A DNA stretch of 64,000 bases from Felis catus (GCF_018350175.1 NC_058368.1:177632001-177696000), one strand, 5' to 3'; counted from the first letter of the stretch, positions 48,765-60,562 are shown. Made by a program: numbers and translations. Notes: generated by a model not told the origin, from the letters alone.

Positions 48765-49338
48765 GACTCTGCTGCTCCGGGGCGCTCCGCGGCGCGCCCT
48801 GCGGCATCAGCGCCCCGCGCGGCTCCTCCCGAGCGCTGCGCCCTCCGGGCTGGCGCGGGGGCTACGGGGTGGCCGCCGCTGTGCAAGAGGCGCCCGGCTG
48901 GTGCGGGGAAGCTTGCTCACTGCTGGCCGTCCGTCTGTCCGGGCGTCTGCGGGAGGCTGGCTGCTCGGTTCACTCCGGGGGCAGCATGCGCAGCGGGGCT
49001 GGAAGCTGGGGCGCGCTCTCCGGCCGGGGCCCGGGGCGGTGCGGGGCCAGAGGTCAGCGCTCCAGGGCCGGGGCGCGCGGCTGCAGCAGGAACGCGTCAC
49101 GGCCGCACCGTCTGGGCGCCCGCCGGCTCATGTCTCCTCCTCCGCGTCTCTCCGGCCGTGCGCATCGCCGCCTCCCACCACTGGCGGCGGCCGGGGCGTT
49201 TTCTACGCGCGGGCGGCGAGGGGGCGGGGGGCCGGGGGCGGGCCCGGGCCCGAGTCGGCACAATGAGGATGCGGGGCCCGGGGGCTCCCCCCTCGGGGCG
49301 CGGCCGGACGGGCGCTCAGCTCGGCTGGGTGCGCCGCG

Positions 49339-49351
49339 CCCACATCAAAGG
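49339..49351 (-). promoter_or_regulatory. TCF/LEF site with overlapping RUNX-like site in the FGF18 promoter
   Basis: Minus strand reads CCTTTGATGTGGG: a perfect TCF consensus plus TGTGGG. FGF18 is an established beta-catenin/TCF target. Confidence 0.75.
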
Positions 49352-49948
49352 CGGCCCAGCCTGCTTGCCTGCCTGCCGCGGCCTCTCCACTGCCTCCGCC
49401 TTCTCCTGGCGGCTCCGGGTTGGAGGGAGGCGCTCAGACTCTCGGCGACGGGACCGGCGAGGGGCAGAGCCCGCGAGGCTGGAGCTGGTGAGCGCTGGAA
49501 GCCGTCGGAGCTCTGCGCCCGGGCGCAATGACCCGCGCCGCGGCGCAAATGCTGCCGGAATTGGGAAGGCTGCGGTCCCCAAGAACGCAGTTAGGTGCGG
49601 GGCGTCCTCACTCGCCCACATTCACTACTAGCACTCACTCACACCCTTTAGCGCAGGAGTGGGGAGCCAGGAGGGGGCGGGTCAGGCCCAGCCCCCGGGG
49701 CGGCACCGCTTAAGAGGGTTCGTTTTTACCCGCCCTGTGAGTCCACGCGGGAACGTGGCGTGCCCCAGATGCCTACTCAGATGGCTGGCACTCTTAAGTG
49801 AGACCCCTTCGTATCTCTCCGTCCTTGCCCCTGCGGGAAAGGGGTCTCCAGGACTTCTCTCCCCCTCAACCCCTTCCAGGACTCTCGGGTCGCTTCTCCC
49901 GCTCCCAGCTGGGCTCCCGGGTAGACAAGCCTGCTTTGGAAACGCGCG

Positions 49949-49966
49949 GCTGCCACCTAGCGGCAC
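49949..49966 (-). promoter_or_regulatory. CTCF core motif, reverse orientation
   Basis: Minus strand GTGCCGCTAGGTGGCAGC matches the CCRSYAGRKGGCRS consensus fully. Confidence 0.7.
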
Positions 49967-51356
49967 TGAGGCGTCGCTGCAATCCCGCCCAAGAGGGCTA
50001 CAGGAAGCAACCAGCAGGACTCTGGTCAGCGACCACTCCAGGCCCTACTCCCGCCACCTGGCTGAGACTTGCTTCCGTTTGCACACTAAGCGAATTTAGT
50101 CCCTTTTTAACCAGGTCAACAAGGAGGACATCTCTTCTCACCGCCTCTCCCCGCTTCAGAGGCGTCACTCCCGTCCTTCCCACAAACTTCAGAATTGTAG
50201 GTGTTCTTGTCATGTGCAACTGCCTCACTCTCTAGTGAAGTTTCTAGTGGCAGGCTTCCTGATGCTAAGGGAAAGAGGTCATAGTGGGAAGGACACTGAA
50301 GAACAAACTCAAAAAGCAAAACTCAGAAATCCATGCTATCTGGCTAGATCCCTCCTGTGTCCTTGGCGGCAGCTGACAGCCTTCATTTCACTAGAGCATA
50401 AACTGAAGTAGCTGCTGACAAACAGCGCTATTTCTCAGTTACGGAATACGAAATTTCAACTGTTCCAAGTATCAGTCCAAGCTGTTTTAAGTTCCTTTTA
50501 AAGCTGAGGCTCTTAAACAGGCCGCCTCTATTTCAGCATTGGACACAAGAGCAGAAAACTTTTTGAAAACTGGGTACTGGGTGATGGAAAAGGTCCCTGT
50601 GTGAAGCACTGGCCTCAATTTAGACATTCTCATTGCAAGGACTGATCTTGCTATATACTATTATTAGTTACTTTTAAATGGAATGCGTATATAACTATGT
50701 TCTACGTAAAATGCTTGCAACTTTTTCCAATGTTCAGATAAGTGTGTCTTTCAACTGCACAAATATCACCCAAGTTAAGGCTGACCCAAAAGGTCCAGTC
50801 AAGAGAACAGTCCTGAATAAGAGCATCAACTCAAAAGTCAGAAATCCTGGATTTGAATATTGCCTCCAACATTTACTTATAAATTCCAGCAAGTAACAGT
50901 CTGAGACTCTGCTTCATCTACAAACTATGGCTAAGAACAGTAACAACCCAAGAGTTGTTTCCAGTTACTGAATGAGGTCATTCAGAGTCTGGCACATAAT
51001 GAAGGCTCCAAAGGTTTTAGCTGTTATTAGTAATTGTAATTATGATTCTCAGATTTTCACTTATGATTTCATGAAGTAGGTAGTATCATTCTCAACTTAC
51101 AGTTGAAGAGGTGTCTAACCAGAAGGTCGTGACTCCAAATTTACACCTCAAATCTAGTTTTCATACTTTTCTTACTCCATACGTGAATCTTATATGAGGT
51201 TTTCCTAGCTCAATTTGACATGTTCATATAGCACTTAATATGTAATACTGATTTGGTAGTCACTTATCAATTCATTCAATCACCATTTATTGAGATCCTA
51301 CTGTCAGGCCATGGGGGAAGAAAGACAAGTTCTTGTCCTGAAAAAGCCACTTCATT

Positions 51357-51545
51357 GGGGGCACCGGAGTGGCTCAGTCTGTTAAACATCTGACTCCTGA
51401 TTTTTTGGTTCAGGTGATGCTCTCACAGTTGGTGGGATCAACGTCTGCATCAGGCTCTACACTGCCAGCACAGAGCCTGCCTGGGATTCTCTCTCCTTCT
51501 CTGCTCCCTTCCCCAAAATAAACTTAAAAGTAATAAAAAAATAAT
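51357..51545 (+). mobile_element. Older carnivore SINE
   Basis: Diverged SINE body; TSD aagccacttca on both sides. Confidence 0.85.
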
Positions 51546-51957
51546 AAGCCACTTCACTTCTAGGGAAGATGGGCAATGAGCAAGTTAAGAGAGAAATTCT
51601 AGCTTGTTATCAGGGCTTTGAAGAAAACCAGTGGTATAGAAAACACTTCTAGGTAATACTTGGGCTAAGACACAAAGGTGGGGAGAACCAGCCATGCAAA
51701 GGAATATTCCAAGCAAAAGACGTCAAGTGCTGGAAGCAGAAAAAGGCTAGGTGACAGGAAGGACTAAGCCAGGGGTGAGTGGCAAAAGTTGAGGGTAAAA
51801 ACAGGCAAATGCTCAATCATGACTTGTAGGCTCTCAGAGGCCAATATGTACCCAAAAGCCTTTTTTTTCTTAAAGCCACTATTTATGTACAATTCTTAAG
51901 TGCGTATGTTTTAAGTGTGAGTTTGGAAAATGTTTGTATGTATGTCAACACCTTTCT

Positions 51958-52140
51958 GGGGGTACCTGTGTGGCTGTCAGTTAAGCATCGGTCAAGCACC
52001 TCGATTTTACTTCAGGTCATGGTCTCAAGGTTCTTGAGTTCAAGCCCCGTCCCTGCATCCAGTTCTGTGCCGGACTGTGTGAAGCCTGCTGGGATTCCCC
52101 CTCCCTGTCCCTCCTCTCAAAATATAAACAAAACAAAAAC
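51958..52140 (+). mobile_element. Older carnivore SINE within an L1M-like remnant
   Basis: Diverged SINE head and body with an A-rich tail. Confidence 0.75.
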
Positions 52141-53690
52141 CTGAGGCATAGGCTCCCCACACCCATCACTGGTCCCAATTTAACATTTGTTGGCACTAGA
52201 TTCTAGTGTAACATAAACTGAACCATGTATTATGTGCGATTTTGTGTCTGGCCTCTTGCTCTCATGTTGAGATTCATCCTCCTCCATTGTTGATCAGTTG
52301 TTCATTCTTATTGCCAAGTAGTACTCACCAGTGTGGACATGCAATTAGTCTGTCAAAGGCTTTGAAACTAAGGGTCAAAATCCATTTTTTCAAAAGGTTA
52401 CTGTAGGTAATAATGAGTTGGAATGTTCCAATTGTGGCAGTGAGGGAGGCCAATGCAGGCCACTACAGTTTGGGCTACATGGCTGTGTGCTAATTCAGTT
52501 CCCAGCTGTAATAAGCCAGTAATACCCCCTTGGTGTCTTCCGCAGAACTGAAAATTTAAAGGGAGTTGAGAATGTGTATTGACTGCTGGTACAACGGGAT
52601 GTTAAGTCCAACAGGACAGTTAACTGTTTTGCTTACTTACTAATCCTAAACACTTAGAACTTTGGGACACAGTATACATTTAATTATTTTAGATTCCTCC
52701 CATCTCTTTTTCAAGAGTGAAAGTAAATTAACATCTGACATTTTTTTTCCCACTTCTCCCCAACATAAGACTGTAAAATAAAGTATTTTGGAGACAGATG
52801 GGAGAACCTCCAGCCTAAGAACCCAGGACAGAGCCTCAAGCCTTCAACAGCATCAAGTAGTTTGGTTAAGAGCAGACCCTTAACACAGATAAGCCTCAAC
52901 AATTTTCTCAAAACCAGCACTTAGAACTTTCACAGCATTAAACAGGACCTCTAACTGCCAAATTCATGAGTCAGGGAGCAGCAACTGGCTCTTTGGCAAG
53001 AACTGACTGGAAGGTAGCCTTAGACTTTCTGAAAAAACATTAACCCTTTACTGTTAACTATACTGGAATTAAAAAACTCAACAAAATAAAAAATTTTAAC
53101 CCCTTTATCTCCAGAGTCCAGACCACTACCTTTGATTCAGAGCATCAGTGCACGTGACCCTCAACTTTTCTTGGACAATTTCAAAAAGCCCCACACCCTA
53201 GACATTTTCTCTCCCCTCATTAAGCTAGTGGTTGTCAGCCAAAAAAGTTACAGTGAAATACCAATACAGGATTTCAGGATACTTAAAACTCAATACACTT
53301 CCAGAGGTTACCAGAACATCAACCCATCATTCTGAAAATTGGTAAGTGAAAAGAATAAAACATTAAAATATGTTTTTCAAAGTCAGGTACAAAGGGAAAC
53401 AAAGTGGGGATTTTAAAAGAAATGTCTGCAGAACAGTGAATGGTACTGCTAAGAACTAAGCCATGAAACATTCATATTCAGCAGACTGGCTTAAGGAAGA
53501 GAAATAGAATTATTCCATCAAAAAGTACTAAATATAAAAAGTATTACTCCTGGCAAATCCATAAGTTCTCAAAATTAAGAACAAAGCAGCTTCTCTTACA
53601 GGTCCCTCTACTATGAATCAAAAAAGATTAGTATTAGGGACAAAGGAAAATAATTGTTTTTTTCCTATTTATCTTAGAAAACTAAAAATG

Positions 53691-53832
53691 TGGGGTGCCT
53701 GAGTTAAGCACCTCGTGATTTCATCTCAGGTCATGACTGAGCCCCATATGTTGGGCTGCATGCTGGACATGGAGTCTGCTTGAGATTCTCTCTCCCCCTG
53801 TCTCTCTGCCCGGCTGGTGCTCTAACATAAAA
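53691..53832 (+). mobile_element. Degenerate carnivore SINE
   Basis: ggggtgcctg head and tcaggtcatga and gattctctctcc motifs. Confidence 0.7.
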
Positions 53833-55936
53833 CTCACTGTTTTTTAAAAGCTAAATATGCTTTAAAACTTTAGTTTTCCCAAAGTACCTCACTTGTTTTT
53901 AGCAATTAAACCAATATTGATCTAAGTACGGCCAATGTCACTTAATAATTTGCACTCCTTGAAAAGGAGGAATTTCTAGTCATAAGCCTTACCGTATTTA
54001 GTTGGCTGAGGTCTAGAACCAAGCACTATTAGTGACTTTTGAGGCACATGACATACCTGGAATCTTTACTGAAGATGGATCTGATTAGTTTTATCTTATG
54101 AGCAAGAACAGGGTACAGGGTCACCAGTAAGGCCAACCCTAAGAATGGGGAGTAGTGCTTTTGATTTTCCTGCTACATTCGTACCCATGAAATAATAAAC
54201 CCAAGTGTTAACTTCTACACAAAGCTACTCAAATAAACAAATCAGACCAACATTTTTGGAGACATAATGCAAAAGTACACTTCTACTTTTGAACATTTTA
54301 AGTAACTAATTACCTAATATACTCCCATATCATCACATTCTGCAATGTAAATCACTACCTAGGAAAGAAACAACAACTCTAATGTATTTAACTCATGGTA
54401 GCACTATTTTACACCAATAAGTTTTAAAAAATCACGTGTAGCTTGTTTTGGAATTCTATCAACTTAATGATCTTTTAAACATTAATATAAACACCCTTTA
54501 AGCCAAAGGCACTGTTCAGTGAAATGAAGAACAATGAACATTCACCATTTTCATTGGAGTCTCCATTAACAATGGTATAAAATGAGAAACTACAAGGATA
54601 GACCTCCTGGAGCAAGGAAATGGAACACTCGATGAAGAAAAACAAAACCTGAAGTAAACGACTAGAAGAAGCACCTAACCCCTGGAAACTGGGATTAGAA
54701 AGACAGTACTGCACCAACCTTTTCCCCACCTCCCAAAATAAGGTTACTGTACCAAAAACAGTCAAGAAATTAAAAGGCTGGTGGTATCTGTTCATCCCAT
54801 CAAAATATCTGCAACTGCAGCCTCATGAGCAAGAGCAATCCTCCTAATCAATTTAAGAAAGACTGAGAGGTGAAAAAAAATGAGTAAACAATGCATGGGG
54901 TGAAGAGTTTCTTCAGACTTCAGATACTATGTCCCCAAACACCAAGGAAGAGCATTTGGAAGTTAAAAAAATAAAACACAATTTTGATGACATAAAATAG
55001 TCTCTTCTCCTAAAGTTTAAACAGAAAGGAATGAGGAAAAACATCCAAGAGAACCAAACAGAAGGCCTAAGAACGGATAGAAGTTAAGCAAGAGACTGAA
55101 ATCTCCCAAGAAAATGGCCCCAAACTGGAAAAGTCTCTGGAGGACAGACCCAGTTTACCCAGGGCCCAGAATAAGACATAAAACTTTAGAAAACCAACAA
55201 TCTTAATGAATTCTCAGAAAAACTGGTCATATACAAAAGAACACATGAAAACATCAGGAGGAGGACAAAAACGGCACAATTAAAATTCTAAGATTTAGCG
55301 GCACTGAACTTTGTTAAAAAGTGACTTTTCAGATTACATGTACTCAGAAAATACCTCCTCCATAGATTAGCAAACTACTGGATACACCACAACAAAACAA
55401 AATAACAGTAATCTAACCATGACACCATCATGCAACTGGCACATGGTAAAACACAGATCCCAAGGATTAGCCTCTGAATGTCCTCATGTAACCACCATAT
55501 GCAATAAATTAACTTTTCTCCCAAGGATCTAAAAATGTATAAATTATGTGCTATTTTGGGCAAACTGAGAAAAAGGTCAACCGAATTCATTTTCTGTTCT
55601 GGTTTAGATGAAGAACCCAAGTTAAGAAAGCCTGCTACAAGCTGTTTAACATGCCAGATTTTACCAGTGAAAAGGCTGGGTACGTGGATAGGTGGCCTGA
55701 CTGAACATCTGGAAACACGCCTGCATGACCACAATTATCAACCATTATCAGGAGGTAGGAAAGTAGAAGCATTAAATGCTCACGATGAAAAATTAAGAAG
55801 CAGGAACAATTTAAAGGGTTTAGGGCAAGGACTGTTTCTCAGGGGATTTTTAGGTGTTATCTGATACTTTTAACTATGTACAGCTAGTTCTTTGACAAAG
55901 TTTAAGGGTAAATAATAGAAAGAGAAACAGTGCTAC

Positions 55937-55959
55937 TTTATTAAAATACTGAGTTTATT
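55937..55959 (-). terminator. Tandem AATAAA poly(A) signals of full-length NPM1
   Basis: Plus-strand tttatt at 55937-55942 and 55954-55959, about 300 nt after the stop. Confidence 0.9.
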
Positions 55960-56251
55960 TCACATGTATATTTTTGTCTCCCCACCATTTCCATTTGTCT
56001 GACCACCACTACTACTATGTCCTATCATAACATTCCATACATACTTAAAACCAAGCAAAGGGTGGAGCTCCATCTTTAAAAACTAAACAGGCATTTTGGA
56101 CAACACATTCTTGGCAATGGAACCTGGACAACATTTATCAGACACGGTAGGGAAAGTTCTCACTCTGCATTATAAAAAGGACAGCCAGATATCAACTGTT
56201 ACAGAAATGAAATAAGACGGAAAATTTTAACAAACTGTTTAAACTATTTTC

Positions 56252-56290
56252 TTAAAGAGACTTCCTCCACTGCCAGAGATCTTGAATAGC
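56252..56290 (-). CDS. NPM1: NPM1 exon 12 coding part (AIQDLWQWRKSL*)
   Basis: Acceptor TTTTCCAG|GCT and stop TAA. Both nucleolar-localisation tryptophans are intact and the TCTG hotspot is wild type. Confidence 0.98.
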   Translation of the reverse strand, partial: AIQDLWQWRKSL

Positions 56291-57068
56291 CTGGAAAACA
56301 AAAAAAGAAATGTGGTTAAAAGAACCACAACACTTCACAGACACCAATAAATTAAACCATGTTTCTTTGTACAGTTCAACATACCTATTATTTTTCATCC
56401 TACCACCAAAAAGGTTCAACTCTAGATAATTAAGAACTGATTGCAAGGGAATTTATACTCAGACATAATTTACTTTCAAATACTTCAAAAAAGACAAAGT
56501 CATATGAATCTTTGTAAACGAAGTCAATGGTACTAGTATGCATTTAACAGCTTACATAAATGAAATGAAAGAGCAGAGAGGCCAGTTTGGCCAATGCTGC
56601 CTATGTCCTCTGCTCAGGGCTGCCAGACTTAGCACATAAAAATACAGAAAATGCAGTTAAATAAGATTTCTGTTAACACAGTTACATATACTTAGTTCTA
56701 AGCCTGTAGAACACATACGAAAATATTATGTGTACTTGAAATACACTAGATTAACTACTCAGCCCTTGTTCTTATCTGATTTGTTAAAGCACTTAAAACA
56801 CCCGTCTTCTATTCTAAGGCATCACCTGCTTTTCCATTACTTAAATGTAAGGATTTTAATGTTGTCTACTGACAAAAAAAAAAAAAAAAAAAGCATCCCT
56901 CCACTTCTACGCCTTACTTCAATACATGAAATCTATACTTGTTCTCATACTAGTATGAACATCCATGCGAAAGAATTATTCTTCAAATGAGTCATGATTA
57001 AGTATAGTTGTTATACACTTCAAGTTCGCATTTCATTTCCTATCCATAAATAATGTTCTTTTAAGTCC

Positions 57069-57195
57069 TGGGGTGCCTGGCTGGCTCAGTCAGTGTAGCA
57101 TGTGACTTGATCTCAAGGTTGTGGGTTCAAACTCTACACTGGGTAGAGAGATTACTCCAAAATAAAACCTTTTAAAAAGTAAATAGATAAAAAAT
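57069..57195 (+). mobile_element. Short carnivore SINE in NPM1 intron 11
   Basis: ggggtgcctggctggctcagtcag head and A-rich tail. Confidence 0.8.
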
Positions 57196-57893
57196 AGTCT
57201 TGATGTTTGTCAATTCTTTACAGGATTCAACAAATTCCTTTAAAACAATAAAATACAGGTCAGTGAGTTCTTTGAATATCTCTGAATTTACATAATCCTG
57301 CTAAACAGTCAAACTAAGAAAGTAACCTTTATTTGATGTACTATTTTAAAAATGTCACTAAGAACATTTACAGCCTCTTCTCCCAAAATATGATTTTAGT
57401 GCTTCAAATACATAGGATTGATTCTCTCAACTACTGTTTTTCAACAGCCACTGGGTTTCAAATGCAAGGGAAATGAATATCAAATGTTGAGAGTCTCATA
57501 AAATCTTCCTGGTCACTCAATTTTGTACAATCAGTTTTGAGTAAACAATACCTTTAAATAAACATTTACCAAACTTTGATCTGTGGTTTCTCCACAAAAA
57601 AACTCCAGTTGTTTTCATTAGCTCTTAATTCAAGAGCTTATACAAAGACTTACTAGTATTTCTCAAGTCCCATCTGGAAGGGATTTTACTAGCCAAATCC
57701 TCATAAGCAACTTTTTCGCAAGGAAAACTACACAAGCAATGGCAATATTTTATACATTGTGATTACTTATATATGTAGGCACGCCATAAAAACGTGAAGC
57801 ATTTAAGCTTTGATAATCTCTACAACAATAAATGAAACTACTTTTTAATACTGTAGAAATTTCATCCTGGCACTTCAAAATATGCTTCCAGTT

Positions 57894-58092
57894 GTGTTTT
57901 TTATTTTAATTTTAGAAAGAGAAGAGAGCACATGTGTATGAGGGGAGAGGGGCAGAGAAAGAAAGAATGAATCCGGGGCAGGCTCCACACTCAGGTCCAC
58001 ATGGGGCTCTATCCAACAACCCTGGATCATGACCTGAGCCAAAAATCAAGAGTCCGATGCTCAAACAGAGGCTGAGCCACCCAGGCACCTGC
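57894..58092 (-). mobile_element. Carnivore SINE in NPM1 intron 11
   Basis: Reverse SINE body; TSD tatgcttccagtt at 57881-57893 and 58097-58109. Confidence 0.88.
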
Positions 58093-59256
58093 CCAGTATG
58101 CTTCCAGTTTTAGAGTCAGAAAATACTTCTGGTAACAGTGAATTCAGGTACTTTAGCTCCAAGACTGATACTATACCATTTGTGGAAAGCCTTTACAACT
58201 TTGGTTATTATTTTATCTTCTTTGAATTTTAATCACACACTTTATTTCACCACTTTCTTTGGTACTAGCGGGAGAAATCACGTCTTAGGCTTCCTTGTTA
58301 GTGCATGCATCTTTCCACTATTTGCAATACTGGACAATTGTATACTGCAGTTTCACAGACTTTTAACAAATGTCCAGTATTCAGAAAACTCACAGAATTC
58401 ACCTGCATTTTGGGGTTCAAGTATATATAAACAGAATAGCAACCAAAAGAGTAAAAACTTGAATTTCATCTCACAGCCTTATCAATCAAGGCTAACTTCC
58501 AAAGTAATAGTAAACAGTGTTGAAACATTGAAAGGGTTTCAAATTGGAGAAAAATAGTGCTGCCATGTAAATGATTTAAGTGCTACCTACTGCTGCAGAA
58601 AATTACCTCAAAAGGACAAATTTCATTTACTGAAAAAAGTTGGACACAGGAGGCTTAGGGATTGATTCCTGACAAAAACCATTTAACACAGCATATGTTC
58701 TGTATATACAAGATACCTAGCACCCTTACCTGTTTTTACATTTTCCTTACATTTGAGTCAGCAACCATAAGACAATAAAAATAAATGCATCAATTTCTAC
58801 TAACAAAATAATATATAACACAAATTAACATCTGATTCAAGCTACTACATTGAGTATTAACTACAATTTGACTTCTTGCTTCCTGGTTTTACACATTAGG
58901 TCGATTTCAGCAAAATGTGTTTCCCAAGCACACAAAAAAGCAAAAGACCAGACTACCTCAAATAGTCAAATGGAGCAAGGAAACCACAGCACATTTCTTT
59001 AGCCAACAGAGTAAAACTGCGCTCAGTAACGAAGAGATAATTTACCAACTATATAAAAACTGAGAAAAATGTACTAAGAAGTTATCTTCTCAATCTCTGC
59101 CAACTAAATTCTTAAGAGTTTCCATGTACTTAATCTGAAGTGTAATAGTCTGTGGTTAGGAACCTTTTAAAAGAAGCCAACACTTAAAGAAAATAATCAT
59201 AAATAAATCACAATAAAAAATTTGGATTTGGTCAGGTCTCCTGAAAATTCAGTTAC

Positions 59257-59331
59257 CTCTTGGTCAGTCATCCGGAAGCAATTCTTCACATAATTGATGA
59301 ACTTGGCTTCCACTTTGGGAAGAGAACCACC
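59257..59331 (-). CDS. NPM1: NPM1 exon 11 (75 nt, [25 protein letters not shown])
   Basis: Acceptor CTCCTAG|GGT and donor GAG|GTAACT. Confidence 0.98.
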
Positions 59332-60247
59332 CTAGGAGACAAAAGCATTATTGCATTTAAGTATAGGAACACTGTTTTTGAGATATTATGAAATTCCTCA
59401 CAGATATGCATACTCTTACATGGACCATTGGTTCCTTGCCCCTTCAACGCTTTCATTTTAATAACACTGAGTTTTTAGGCCCAGAAAGACCTATTAGGCA
59501 ACAATATTTAGAACATGAGTCTTTCATAGTACTCCTATATTGATAGGTTTGTCAAAATTTCAAATTCTCTCCAACCACCCTAAAAATATAAAATATGAGC
59601 TACAACAGATTCTCAGGCACTCAAATATGTCAGCTTGACTGCCTACTCTATTATATACTACCCCAAACCAAACGTAAAGCAAATGTATACCCCTTGAGTA
59701 CCGCAAAGAGATCAAAACTGAACATCACTTAATACATACTAAGAACCTAAGTCCAGCACAACGCTAACCTGGAAGTCAGTTCAAGAGGTATATGAAGTCC
59801 AAACGGGAGAAAAATTAGTCCTACATTTCACTGATCTCTAAAACTTGGCACCTCCTTCAGTTATAGACATAGGGGATGAATCACAACAGTACTAACACCA
59901 AGTTATTTTCAAAATATTTCATCAAATATTTTCAAAGACTGCAATTACTGCAAATATCTTGTGGTTTACAGTCATTTCTACTTTTGAATTATCTTATTTA
60001 ACATACTAAGTATATCGTCTTTGTTCCTTATTTTGGTAACTAAATTTTACTTTTTCTTGTAACCTGAAACATCTATGCGTTTTAAAAAGACCAAGGTTTC
60101 AGAATGCCAAAGGAATCATAGCACAAAATAAGTGATCAGAAATATGGTATGGGATTCTTAAATTGCCTCTACAACCTAGAAAATAAACCTGTCATTTCCA
60201 TTTTCAAATTATTTGCCACATACATTCTTATTTGATTCATTCAAATA

Positions 60248-60253
60248 TTTATT
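60248..60253 (-). terminator. Poly(A) signal AATAAA of the NPM1 short isoform
   Basis: GCTCAATAAATATTTGAATGAAT on the minus strand, about 310 nt after the alternative stop. Confidence 0.78.
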
Positions 60254-60562
60254 GAGCAGCTAAGGAGATACAAAGGTGATTAAAACATGGTCAAAGAGGT
60301 GAGGCAAATGCACAAATCATAGAAGGTATAATGTTCACTGAATCACAGCAGCCAAAAGAAAGTGCTTTAGGAGACTAAGAATGAGATTGCTTCCAGCCTG
60401 GAAGGGGGCGTGGGTGGGTGGCAAATCAGGAAAGGAGATTTGAGATTAAAATAGAAGACTTCAGTCTGGATTGTTGATGACACTCAGTATGGACTACATT
60501 TCTCTCTCCTTTTCCTCTCTCCCCAGCTTGGGGCTTAATTTACCAGTAGTGCCCAGGACTGT

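Larger units (their letters stand above)
16400..49160 (-). other. FGF18: FGF18 gene span, approximate TSS to approximate poly(A) site
   Basis: Five GT-AG-flanked exons splice to a 207-aa FGF8/17/18-subfamily protein (MYSAPSACTCLCLHFLLLCFQVQVLAAEENVDF...RPTHPG). The ends are estimated from the CpG island and TATA-like element, and from ATTAAA at 16421-16426. Confidence 0.97.
47600..50050. promoter_or_regulatory. FGF18 promoter CpG island covering exons 1-2
   Basis: Very high GC and CpG density, GC boxes and G-runs at 49211-49250, and a TATA-like TAGAAAA on the minus strand at about 49205-49199. Confidence 0.92.

Noticed and set aside
48667..49631. Long plus-strand ORFs (199, 220 and 157 aa) across the promoter
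   Set aside because: GC-rich antisense frames of the CpG island with no coding signature.
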